In this document: piece after piece, positions 46,785 to 64,000 of the stretch
Layout: each line of letters opens with the position of its first letter
Numbering within the stretch: the stretch's first letter is position 1
NCBI GenBank assembly: GCA_965116895.1
Contig: OZ220729.1
Span: 2,344,857 to 2,408,856 of the forward strand
DNA: 64,000 bases
Direction of reading: 5' to 3'
From: Gammaproteobacteria bacterium
GTDB lineage: Bacteria; Pseudomonadota; Gammaproteobacteria; Steroidobacterales; Foliamicaceae
The notes under the pieces: generated by a model
Seen by the model: the letters and a program-made list of their open reading frames with translations, nothing else
Told to the model about the DNA's origin: nothing
Databases searched by the model: none
Translations under genes and position numbers: made by a program

Positions 46785-47099
46785 TTACTCGCCCGCCACG
46801 AAGTCGAGGTCCTGGCCTGCCGCCAGGGTGACGTAGGCCTTCTTCCAGTTCGGCCGCCGGCCCAGCGTCGTGCCGCGCCGCTTGACCTTGCCCTTGTAGT
46901 TGATGACCGTGACCGAGTCCACTTCCACGTCGAAAATCTCCTTCACCGCCCGGGCGATCTCCGGCTTGGTGGCGTCCACGGCCACCCGGAAGGCGAGCTG
47001 CTTGCGCCCCTCGCTCTCGGCCAGGTTGAGGGCCTTCTCGGACAGGTGCGGCGCACGGATCGTGTTGAGCAGGCGCTCGGAAAGGTTCTCGGCGCTCAT
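46785..47099 (-). CDS. rplW: 50S ribosomal protein L23
   Basis: ATG 47099 gives [23 protein letters not shown]; 104 aa. It lies within the frame of ORF 46785..47531. Confidence 0.93.
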   Translation of the reverse strand: MSAENLSERLLNTIRAPHLSEKALNLAESEGRKQLAFRVAVDATKPEIARAVKEIFDVEVDSVTVINYKGKVKRRGTTLGRRPNWKKAYVTLAAGQDLDFVAGE

Positions 47100-47755
47100 T
47101 GCAGGCGCTCCTTGAGTTCCTTGAATGCGCCTTCCGTGATCAGGATGGGGCCGGAGCCCGCCAGCGCCACGGGGCCGAGTTCGCGCAGATCGACGATGTC
47201 CACGCCGGGAAGGTTGCGGATGCCCAGGCAGAACTCGCGGTAGTCGTCGTACGACTCGACCACGATCAGCCCGGCGTTGAAGTCCAGCTCGTCGAGCAGC
47301 TTGAGCGCCGTCTTCGTGCGATGGTCGGCGGGCTCGATCTTGCGGGCGACGGTCAGGCGCCTGCTGCGCGCCACTTCGGCGAGCAGGCAGCGCATGGCGC
47401 CACGGTACATCTTGCGGTTGATCTTCTTGGCGTGCGAGCGCGGGGTTGCGGCGAAGGTGCGGCCACCGCCGCGCCAGAGCGGGCTGGATCGGGTGCCGGC
47501 GCGGGCCCGTCCGGTGCCCTTCTGCCGCCACGGTTTGGCGCCGCCGCCGCGCACCGCGGAGCGGTTCTTCTGCGCCTTGGTGCCCTTGCGGGCGCCGGCC
47601 AGCCAGGCGACTACCGCCTGGTGCACCAGCGACTCGTTAAAGGGAACGTCGTCGGAGAAAGGCTTGTAGACCTTTCTGGTCGGCTTCGCCTTCTTTGGCT
47701 TCGCAACGGCTGGTTTCTTTTCCTGCCGGTCGGATTTGTTGGCCGTTGCGTTCAT
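47096..47755 (-). CDS. rplD: 50S ribosomal protein L4
   Basis: [19 protein letters not shown]; 219 aa. Confidence 0.95.
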   Translation of the reverse strand: MNATANKSDRQEKKPAVAKPKKAKPTRKVYKPFSDDVPFNESLVHQAVVAWLAGARKGTKAQKNRSAVRGGGAKPWRQKGTGRARAGTRSSPLWRGGGRTFAATPRSHAKKINRKMYRGAMRCLLAEVARSRRLTVARKIEPADHRTKTALKLLDELDFNAGLIVVESYDDYREFCLGIRNLPGVDIVDLRELGPVALAGSGPILITEGAFKELKERLQ

Positions 47756-47758
47756 GGT

Positions 47759-48406
47759 CTATCCCTGTTGGACCGGCATTTTCACGGCGGGACGCACCAG
47801 TACCCGGCCCGTGGTGTGGCCCGGAATGGCGCCCTTGATCATGATGAGGTTTCTCTCCTCGTCGACCCGCACCACTTCGAGGTTCTGGACCGTTCGGCGC
47901 ACGTTGCCCATGTGGCCGGACATCTTCTTGCCCTTGAACACGCGTCCGGGCGTCTGGTTCTGGCCGATGGAGCCGGGCACGCGGTGGGCCTTGGAGTTGC
48001 CGTGGGTGGCGTCCTGGCCGTGGAAATGGTGGCGCTTGATGGTGCCCGCATAGCCCTTGCCGATGGTGGTGCCGGTGACGTCCACGTGCTGGCCCGCGGC
48101 GAACACGCCGACGGTGATTTCCGCGCCGGGCTGGTATTCCTCAAGCTGGGAGGGGTCGTCGAGGCGATGCTCGAACAGGCCCTCGCCGGGGGACTGATCG
48201 GCGTACTGGCCGGCCAGCGCCTTGCCCGGGGCCTTGCGCGCCTCGCCCACGGTGACCTGCACGGCTGCGTAGCCGTCCTTGTCGGGCGTGCGCTGGCGGG
48301 TTATGCGATTCGGGTGCGCTTCGATCACGGTGATGGGCACACTGGCCCCTTCCTCCGTGAACAGGCGCGTCATTCCTCGCTTTTGGCCTATTAAACCAAT
48401 GCTCAT
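47759..48406 (-). CDS. rplC: 50S ribosomal protein L3
   Basis: Internal ATG 48406 gives [16 protein letters not shown]; 215 aa. Confidence 0.95.
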   Translation of the reverse strand: MSIGLIGQKRGMTRLFTEEGASVPITVIEAHPNRITRQRTPDKDGYAAVQVTVGEARKAPGKALAGQYADQSPGEGLFEHRLDDPSQLEEYQPGAEITVGVFAAGQHVDVTGTTIGKGYAGTIKRHHFHGQDATHGNSKAHRVPGSIGQNQTPGRVFKGKKMSGHMGNVRRTVQNLEVVRVDEERNLIMIKGAIPGHTTGRVLVRPAVKMPVQQG

Positions 48407-48483
48407 GGCAGTCTCTTGGGAGTGCGATTCAGCCCTTACTGGGCTATTGGGCAAAGACTATCAATGTTAGCAATCATGTACTT

Positions 48484-48798
48484 CTAGTTCAAGCGGATTT
48501 GGGCGTCGACGCCGGCGGGGAGTTCGAGCTTCATCAGCGCATCGACGGTCTTGTCGCTGGGCCCGATGATGTCCAGCAGGCGCTTGTGCGTCCGGAGCTC
48601 GTACTGGTCGCGCGCGTCCTTGTTCACGTGCGGCGAAATCAGCACGGTGAAGCGCTCCTTGCGGGTGGGCAGCGGCACCGGGCCGTGCACCCTGGCGCCG
48701 GTGCGGCGCGCCGTTTCGACGATCTCGCGGGCCGACGAATCGATCAGCCGGTGATCGAAAGCCTTCAGCCGGATTCGGATATTTTGCGGTTCAGCCAT
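48484..48798 (-). CDS. rpsJ: 30S ribosomal protein S10
   Basis: [24 protein letters not shown]; 104 aa. Confidence 0.97.
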   Translation of the reverse strand: MAEPQNIRIRLKAFDHRLIDSSAREIVETARRTGARVHGPVPLPTRKERFTVLISPHVNKDARDQYELRTHKRLLDIIGPSDKTVDALMKLELPAGVDAQIRLN

Positions 48799-48813
48799 AT
48801 TTATCTACTCCTG

Positions 48814-48856
48814 GGAGCGAAGGCGTCTCGCCTTCGAGGAGGGCGGGACGCCCTCC
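48814..48856. repeat. Two adjacent REP-like hairpins (GGGAGC-GAAGGCG-tct-CGCCTTC and GGAGGGCG-gga-CGCCCTCC) filling the tuf-rpsJ spacer
   Basis: Direct read. The first unit is the reverse orientation of the GAAGGCG...GCTCCC form seen at 53275..53297. Confidence 0.7.
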
Positions 48857-48859
48857 TTC

Positions 48860-50050
<1,191 letters not shown>

Positions 50051-50078
50051 AAGTGATCCTCTCCTTGCAGTTCGGCTC

Positions 50079-52166
50079 TCAGCCGGTATGAGTAAGGTCC
50101 GCCGCCACCTTGGCGGGAACCGGAGTGTAACGGGAAAATTCCATCGAATAGGTCGCGCGGCCATGCGACATCGACCGCAGGGTGGTCGCGTAGCCGAACA
50201 TTTCCGCCAGCGGCGCCTCTCCGCGCACTACCTTGCCCGCGGGCGACTCCTCCATGCTGTGCAGCTCGCCGCGCCGGCGGGTCAGGTCGGCGCTCACGTC
50301 GCCCATGTGGTCGTCGGGCGTGACCACTTCGATCTTCATCGTGGGCTCGAGCAGGATCGGCTTGGCCCGCTTCATGCCCTCGCGGAAAGCCTGGGCCGCG
50401 GCCACGCGGAAGGCGACCTCGCTGGAGTCCACCTCGTGGAACGAACCGTCGTAGAGCGTCGCCTTGACGTCCACGACCGGGTAGCCGCCCAGCACGCCTT
50501 CGCCCATCTGCTGCTGCACGCCCTTGTTCACGGCCGGGATGAACTCCCTGGGCACGGCGCCGCCGACGATCTTGTCCTCGAACTCGTAGCCGCCGCCGGA
50601 CGGCAGCGGTTCGAGGCGCAGGAACACGTGGCCGTACTGGCCGCGGCCGCCGGTCTGGCGCACGAACCGGCCTTCCTGCTCCACGGCCTGGCGGATCGTC
50701 TCGCGGTAGGACACGCGCGGGCGCCCCACGTTGGCCTCGACCTGGAACTCGCGGCGCATCCGGTCCACGAGGATCTCCAGGTGCAGCTCGCCCATGCCGG
50801 CGATGATGGTCTGGCCGGACTCCTGGTCGGTGGACACCTTGAACGAGGGGTCCTCCTTCGCCAGCTTCTGCAGCGCCAGCGACATCTTCTCCTGGTCGGC
50901 GCGGGTTCGGGCCTCCACGGCCACGTGGATGACCGGGTCGGGGACCGTGATGCGCTCCAGCGCGATGGGTTTGCCGACTTCGGTCAGGCTGTCGCCCGTG
51001 GTCACGTCCTTCAGGCCCACCGCGGCCACGATGTCGCCGGCGCTGATTTCCGAGACTTCGGCGCGGTCGTTGGCGTGCATCTGCAGCAGGCGTCCGATGC
51101 GCTCCTTCTTGCCTCGGGTGACGTTGAGCACGCGGTCGCCGGACTTGATGCGGCCCGAATACACGCGGATGAACGACAGGTTGCCCACGTACGGGTCGTT
51201 GGCGATCTTGAAGGCCAGCGCCGAGAACGGCGCCTCGTTGTTCGGCGCGCGCTCGGCCGTTTCTCCGGAGCCGTTGATGCCGGTGATCGGCGGTTTTTCG
51301 GCCGGAGAAGGCAGATAGTGCACGACGCCGTCCAGCACCGCCTGCACGCCCTTGTTGCGGAACGCGCTGCCGCACATGGCGGGCACGATCTCGTTGCGCA
51401 GCGTGCGCTCGCGCAGGCCCCGGCGGATCTCGTCGGCCGCGAGCGGTTCGCCGCCCACGTACTTCTCCATCAGCTCGTCGTCGCTCTCGGCGGCGGCCTC
51501 CACCATGCGCTCGCGCCATTCGGCGCAGAGTTCGGCCAGCTCTTCGGGAATGTCGTCCTCGCGGTAGGTGGTGCCGAGGTCCGTCTCGCTCCAGTAGATC
51601 GCGCGCTCCTCGACCAGGTCCACGACGCCGGCGAAATCGGCTTCGCTGCCGATGGGGACCTGGATCGGGACGGCCTTGGCGCCGAGGCGGGACTCGATCT
51701 GGCCGGCGACGCGGAAGAAGTCCGCGCCGATGCGGTCCATTTTGTTGATGAAAGCGAGCCGCGGCACGCCGTAGCGGTTGGCCTGGCGCCATACGGTCTC
51801 GGACTGGGGCTCGACGCCGCCCACCGCGCAGAACAACGCTACCGCGCTGTCCAGCACCCTCAGTGAGCGCTCGACCTCGATCGTGAAATCCACGTGCCCC
51901 GGCGTGTCCAGGATGTTGATGCGGTGCTCGGGGAACTGGCGGCGCATCCCGCTCCAGAAGCAGGTTGTGGCCGCCGAAGTGATCGTTATGCCGCGTTCCT
52001 GCTCCTGCTCCATCCAGTCCATGATGGCCGCGCCGTCATGGACCTCGCCCAGCTTGTGCGAAACGCCGGTGTAGAACAGGACCCGCTCGGTGGTCGTGGT
52101 CTTGCCGGCGTCGATGTGGGCCATGATGCCGATGTTGCGGTAACGGCCGATGGGCGTAGCGCGCAT
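50079..52166 (-). CDS. fusA: Elongation factor G
   Basis: [22 protein letters not shown]; 695 aa. Confidence 0.98.
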   Translation of the reverse strand: MRATPIGRYRNIGIMAHIDAGKTTTTERVLFYTGVSHKLGEVHDGAAIMDWMEQEQERGITITSAATTCFWSGMRRQFPEHRINILDTPGHVDFTIEVERSLRVLDSAVALFCAVGGVEPQSETVWRQANRYGVPRLAFINKMDRIGADFFRVAGQIESRLGAKAVPIQVPIGSEADFAGVVDLVEERAIYWSETDLGTTYREDDIPEELAELCAEWRERMVEAAAESDDELMEKYVGGEPLAADEIRRGLRERTLRNEIVPAMCGSAFRNKGVQAVLDGVVHYLPSPAEKPPITGINGSGETAERAPNNEAPFSALAFKIANDPYVGNLSFIRVYSGRIKSGDRVLNVTRGKKERIGRLLQMHANDRAEVSEISAGDIVAAVGLKDVTTGDSLTEVGKPIALERITVPDPVIHVAVEARTRADQEKMSLALQKLAKEDPSFKVSTDQESGQTIIAGMGELHLEILVDRMRREFQVEANVGRPRVSYRETIRQAVEQEGRFVRQTGGRGQYGHVFLRLEPLPSGGGYEFEDKIVGGAVPREFIPAVNKGVQQQMGEGVLGGYPVVDVKATLYDGSFHEVDSSEVAFRVAAAQAFREGMKRAKPILLEPTMKIEVVTPDDHMGDVSADLTRRRGELHSMEESPAGKVVRGEAPLAEMFGYATTLRSMSHGRATYSMEFSRYTPVPAKVAADLTHTG

Positions 52167-52235
52167 GGTTCTGTACCCGTACCGTGAAGGCCGAAGGACG
52201 TTTGGGCGAGCAAGGATCTGGCGCCGGCGTCCGGC

Positions 52236-52715
52236 CTACCAGCGGTAATGCGCGAAAGCCTTGTTGGCCTCCGCCATTCGATGCGTTTCCTCGCGGCGGC
52301 GGGCGGCAGCTCCGGAGTTCTCGGAGGCTTCCATGAGTTCGCGCGCCAGGCGCTCGGCCATGGTCTTTTCGGTGCGCTTGCGGGCCGCGTCGATCATCCA
52401 GCGCATCGCCAGCGTCTCGCGGCGGGCGGTGCGCACTTCCACCGGCACCTGGTAGGTGGCGCCGCCGACCCGGCGGGAGCGCACCTCGACGGTGGGCTTG
52501 ACGTTCTCCAGTCCTTCTTCCAGCAGTTGCAGCGCCTCTTCGGGGCTCTGCTTGCGGATCCTGGAGATCACGTCGATGGCGCCGTAGACGATGTTTTCCG
52601 CCACCGACTTCTTGCCGCTCTTCATGATCATGTTGATGAAGCGCGACAAAAGCTCGCTGCCGTACAGCGGGTCGGCCAGAACGGGCCGGCGCGGGGCGCG
52701 GGAGCGGCGGGACAT
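52236..52715 (-). CDS. rpsG: 30S ribosomal protein S7
   Basis: [15 protein letters not shown]...; it ends with AFAHYRW. 159 aa. Confidence 0.97.
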   Translation of the reverse strand: MSRRSRAPRRPVLADPLYGSELLSRFINMIMKSGKKSVAENIVYGAIDVISRIRKQSPEEALQLLEEGLENVKPTVEVRSRRVGGATYQVPVEVRTARRETLAMRWMIDAARKRTEKTMAERLARELMEASENSGAAARRREETHRMAEANKAFAHYRW

Positions 52716-52719
52716 GGTG

Positions 52720-53091
52720 TCAGCGCGGGCGCTTGGCGCCGTACTTGGAGCGGCCCTGGCGGCGGTCGGTTACGCCGGCGCAATCGAGCGTGCCGCGGAT
52801 GGTGTGGTAGCGCACGCCGGGAAGGTCCTTTACGCGTCCGCCCCGGATCAGCACAACCGAGTGCTCCTGCAGGTTGTGGCCTTCGCCGCCGATGTAGCTG
52901 GTGACCTCAAAGCCGTTTGTGAGACGTACCCGGGCCACCTTGCGCATCGCCGAGTTGGGCTTCTTGGGCGTGGTGGTGTACACGCGCGTGCAGACGCCCC
53001 GCTTCTGCGGACTGTTCTCCAGCGCCGGAACGCTGGTCTTGGCCCGTCGCGGAGCGCGCGCCTTGCGCACAAGCTGATTCACCGTGGACAT
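52720..53091 (-). CDS. rpsL: 30S ribosomal protein S12
   Basis: Internal ATG 53091 gives [10 protein letters not shown]...[11 protein letters not shown]; 123 aa. Confidence 0.96.
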   Translation of the reverse strand: MSTVNQLVRKARAPRRAKTSVPALENSPQKRGVCTRVYTTTPKKPNSAMRKVARVRLTNGFEVTSYIGGEGHNLQEHSVVLIRGGRVKDLPGVRYHTIRGTLDCAGVTDRRQGRSKYGAKRPR

Positions 53092-53202
53092 TGCTTTAAG
53101 GCCTGCCCCTTGCCCTTGTGTTGCGGTTGGAAAAACCCGGCTTGCAGCGGTCCTTGAGGACGCCCATTCAGACAGCCTCGGCCGCAAGCACGGAATCCGC
53201 GA

Positions 53203-53230
53203 ATTATGCGGAATTCGCCCATAAAGTCAA
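53203..53230 (-). promoter_or_regulatory. Candidate sigma70 promoter of the str operon (TTGACT-16nt-CATAAT on the minus strand)
   Basis: Plus-strand agtcaa at 53225..53230 and attatg at 53203..53208, about 110 nt upstream of the rpsL ATG. Confidence 0.5.
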
Positions 53231-53250
53231 TATTGTGCCTACCCCCGGGA

Positions 53251-53297
53251 GGGAGGTCGTCCCGACCTCCCCGCGAAGGCGGGACGCCTTCGCTCCC
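53251..53297. repeat. Two REP-like hairpins (GGGAGGTCG-tcc-CGACCTCCC and GAAGGCG-gga-CGCCTTC-GCTCCC) just downstream of the rpoC stop
   Basis: Direct read. They may act as a transcript-end or stabilising structure; no U-tract is present. Confidence 0.7.
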
Positions 53298-53301
53298 AGG
53301 G

Positions 53302-57546
<4,245 letters not shown>

Positions 57547-57580
57547 GCATCGCTCCTTTGAGTGTTTGTCTGGGTAAACA

Positions 57581-61714
<4,134 letters not shown>

Positions 61715-61761
61715 ACGTGGTTAATCCTTGATTGGCGGGCGCGGAAGTCGTACATGGCGGC

Positions 61762-61782
61762 GGGAGGACGGGACGCCCTCCC
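61762..61782. repeat. REP-like hairpin GGGAGGaCG-gga-CGcCCTCCC in the rplL-rpoB spacer (the position of the classical rplL-rpoB attenuator)
   Basis: Direct read; there is one internal mismatch. Confidence 0.6.
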
Positions 61783-61806
61783 TCCGGTTTGGGGCGCAAT
61801 GCCCAA

Positions 61807-62187
61807 CTACTTGACTTCAACCGTGGCGCCGGCTTCTTCGAGCGTGGTCTTGAATTTCTCGGCGTCTTCCTTCGATACGCCTTCGGATACGGGAGCGGGA
61901 GCGCTCTCGACCAGGTCCTTGGCCTCCTTGAGGCCGAGGGTCGTGATGGAACGCAGGGCCTTGATGACCTTGACCTTGGACTCGCCGAAGCCTTGCAGCA
62001 CCACCGTGAATTCGGTCTGCTCCTCGGCGGCGGCGGCGTCCTCGGCCGGGCCCGCGGCGGGACCGGCAACGACGGCCGCGGCCGCGCTGACGCCCCACTC
62101 TTCCTCAAGTTCCTTGATCAGTTCAACCAGTTCGAGCACCGGCATCTTGCCGAGCGCTTCGCGGATTTCTGCTCTTCCTGCGGTCAT
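61807..62187 (-). CDS. rplL: 50S ribosomal protein L7/L12
   Basis: ATG 62187 gives [33 protein letters not shown]...; it ends with [10 protein letters not shown]. 126 aa. Confidence 0.95.
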   Translation of the reverse strand: MTAGRAEIREALGKMPVLELVELIKELEEEWGVSAAAAVVAGPAAGPAEDAAAAEEQTEFTVVLQGFGESKVKVIKALRSITTLGLKEAKDLVESAPAPVSEGVSKEDAEKFKTTLEEAGATVEVK

Positions 62188-62236
62188 GACTTGCTCCTTG
62201 GGAGTATGAATCGATAGTGGATATGCAAAAGCCGGT

Positions 62237-62764
62237 TCATTCGGCTTCCGCCTGTTCCTGCCGCGACGCCAGCAGTCGCGCCAGGCGCGCCTGCGGCTCG
62301 GCGATGGTGGCGACCAGTTTCTGCATCGGCGCCTTGAGCGCGCCCAGGAACTTCGAGCGCGCCTCGTCCAGCGTCGGCAAAGTGGCGATCCGATCGGTCT
62401 GATCGCCGGAATACAGCACGCCGTCGAGCACGAAGCCGCGCGGCTGAAGCGCCTCGTGCTGTTTGGCGAAGTCCTTGAAAAGCCTGGCGATCGAACCCGG
62501 ATCGTCATCCGAGAACGCCAGCAGCGTGGGACCGGTCAGCGCCTCGGCGAGGTTCTCGCAGGGCGTGTCCTTGACCGCGCGCCGCGACAGCGTGTTCTTG
62601 ACCACGCGCAGCGTGACGCCGGCGCCGCGAGCCTGGCGCCTCAGGTCGGTCATTTCCTTGACGTTCAGGCCGCGGTAGTCGGCCGCCGCCGAAACCACCG
62701 CGCCCTCGGCGGCGGAACGCAGGTCTTCGACCAGCTCTTTTTTCTGTTCAAGGCTAAGGGGCAT
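62237..62764 (-). CDS. rplJ: 50S ribosomal protein L10
   Basis: [15 protein letters not shown]...[13 protein letters not shown]; 175 aa. Confidence 0.95.
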   Translation of the reverse strand: MPLSLEQKKELVEDLRSAAEGAVVSAAADYRGLNVKEMTDLRRQARGAGVTLRVVKNTLSRRAVKDTPCENLAEALTGPTLLAFSDDDPGSIARLFKDFAKQHEALQPRGFVLDGVLYSGDQTDRIATLPTLDEARSKFLGALKAPMQKLVATIAEPQARLARLLASRQEQAEAE

Positions 62765-62784
62765 GGGTCCGCTTTCCGTGTTCG

Positions 62785-63483
62785 CTATTGCAGCTTTATG
62801 CTCGACTGGTCGATGCGCACGCCCGGTCCCATGGTGGAGGACAGGGTGATGCGCTGCATGTAAACGCCCTTGGCCGCGGGCGGCTTGGCCTTTACCAGTT
62901 CGTTCAAAAGCGCCGTAAGGTTTTCGAGGATGGCTTCCTCGCTGAAATTCTTCTTGCCGATCGAGCAGTGAATGATCCCGGACTTGTCGGTGCGGTAGCG
63001 CACCTGGCCGGCCTTGGCGTTGCGGACCGCCTCGCCCACGTTGGGCGTCACCGTGCCGGACTTGGGATTGGGCATCAGCCCGCGCGGTCCGAGGACCTTG
63101 CCGAGCGCGCCGACCACGCGCATGGCGTTGGGCGCGGCGATATAGACGTCGTGCTCGATCTTGCCCTCCTTGATCTCGTCGGCGAGTTCCTGGAGGCCCA
63201 CCGCGTCGGCGCCCGCTTCGGAGGCGGCTTCGGCGGCCTCCCCGTCGGCGAACACGGCCACGCGGATTTCCTTGCCGAGCCCGTGCGGCAGCACGGTGGA
63301 GCCGCGCACGATCTGCTCGGCCTTGCGCGGATCGACGTTGAGGTTGATGGCCACGTCCACCGATTCGCCGAACTTCGCCGGCACGCTCTCGCGCACAACG
63401 CGGATGGCCTCGTCAACGGGCAGCGGGGCCGAGCGCCCCGGAGTCTCCCTGAAGGCCTTCTGTCTCTTGCTCAGGCGGGCCAT
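62785..63483 (-). CDS. rplA: 50S ribosomal protein L1
   Basis: [13 protein letters not shown]...[15 protein letters not shown]; 232 aa. Confidence 0.97.
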   Translation of the reverse strand: MARLSKRQKAFRETPGRSAPLPVDEAIRVVRESVPAKFGESVDVAINLNVDPRKAEQIVRGSTVLPHGLGKEIRVAVFADGEAAEAASEAGADAVGLQELADEIKEGKIEHDVYIAAPNAMRVVGALGKVLGPRGLMPNPKSGTVTPNVGEAVRNAKAGQVRYRTDKSGIIHCSIGKKNFSEEAILENLTALLNELVKAKPPAAKGVYMQRITLSSTMGPGVRIDQSSIKLQ

Positions 63484-63485
63484 GG

Positions 63486-63923
63486 CTATACCTCCCCGCC
63501 GGCCACGGTCAGCCCCATGCTGCGCGCGGTACCGGCGATGGTGCGCACGGCGGCGTCCATGTCGGCGGCGGTGAGGTCCGGATCCTTGGCGCGCACGATT
63601 TCCTCGAGCTGGGCGCGCGTGACCTCGCCCACCTTCTCCAGGTTGGGTTCGCCGCTGCCCTTTTCCACGCCGGCGGCGCGGCGCAGGAGCACGGCGGCCG
63701 GCGGGGTCTTGGTGATGAAGCTGAAGCTGCGGTCGTTGTAGATCGTGACCACGACGGGCGTGGTGATGCCGGGCTCCAGGCTGTCGGTCTGGGCATTGAA
63801 GGCCTTGCAGAATTCCATCAGGTTCACGCCGTGCTGGCCCAGCGCCGGGCCCACCGGCGGACTCGGGCTGGCCTGCCCGGCCCCAACCTGCATCTTGACC
63901 ACTGCCATTACGTTTTTCGCCAT
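63486..63923 (-). CDS. rplK: 50S ribosomal protein L11
   Basis: [23 protein letters not shown]; 145 aa. Confidence 0.97.
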   Translation of the reverse strand: MAKNVMAVVKMQVGAGQASPSPPVGPALGQHGVNLMEFCKAFNAQTDSLEPGITTPVVVTIYNDRSFSFITKTPPAAVLLRRAAGVEKGSGEPNLEKVGEVTRAQLEEIVRAKDPDLTAADMDAAVRTIAGTARSMGLTVAGGEV

Positions 63924-63936
63924 AACCGTGCCCTGC

Positions 63937-64000
63937 CTATGCCTTGCGCACCTGACCGAAACTGAGATCGACCGGCGTGGAGCGGCCGAGGATCTGCACC
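63937..64000 (-). CDS. nusG: Transcription antiterminator NusG, C-terminal 20 codons only (runs off the window)
   Basis: Hand translation gives ...[20 protein letters not shown]. The position upstream of rplK fits. Confidence 0.7.
   Translation of the reverse strand, partial: VQILGRSTPVDLSFGQVRKA

Overview
GC-rich proteobacterial chromosomal window; the gamma-like taxonomy is an inference from gene order. Region 35159..64000, all on the minus strand, is one uninterrupted core block: nusG (3' end only), rplKAJL, rpoBC, rpsLG-fusA-tuf, then the S10, spc and alpha operons ending at rplQ. The left 35 kb is mixed core and accessory. It holds a leucine-rich-repeat lipoprotein, a soluble GAF-PAS histidine kinase fused to a complete OmpR-type regulator, divergent oxyR-katG, and ychF-pth-rplY. 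It also holds an orphan RHH antitoxin with a decayed toxin stub, an RND pump pair, an MBL-fold hydrolase, an NSS transporter and a DUF222/HNH gene. I saw no rRNA, tRNA, CRISPR array, transposase or integrase. The most unusual region is 8.3..23.1 kb. It contains two collinear ~1670-aa cadherin/dystroglycan-type repeat proteins with a 15- or 19-proline tract and a nearly identical acidic C-terminal tail. Only one of them keeps a lipoprotein signal module, and a second, orphan copy of that promoter/RBS/signal module lies upstream. Between the two giant genes sit two ~95% identical AAA/DUF4143-type ATPase genes as 1.19-kb direct repeats bracketing a hipBA module. A GC-rich hairpin (REP-like) family is scattered through the ribosomal operons and also occurs inside the ychF and rplO coding sequence. 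Ribosomal protein S3 carries an ~80-aa Pro/Ala/Thr repeat tail. All calls come from reading the sequence and the ORF track; no database search was run.
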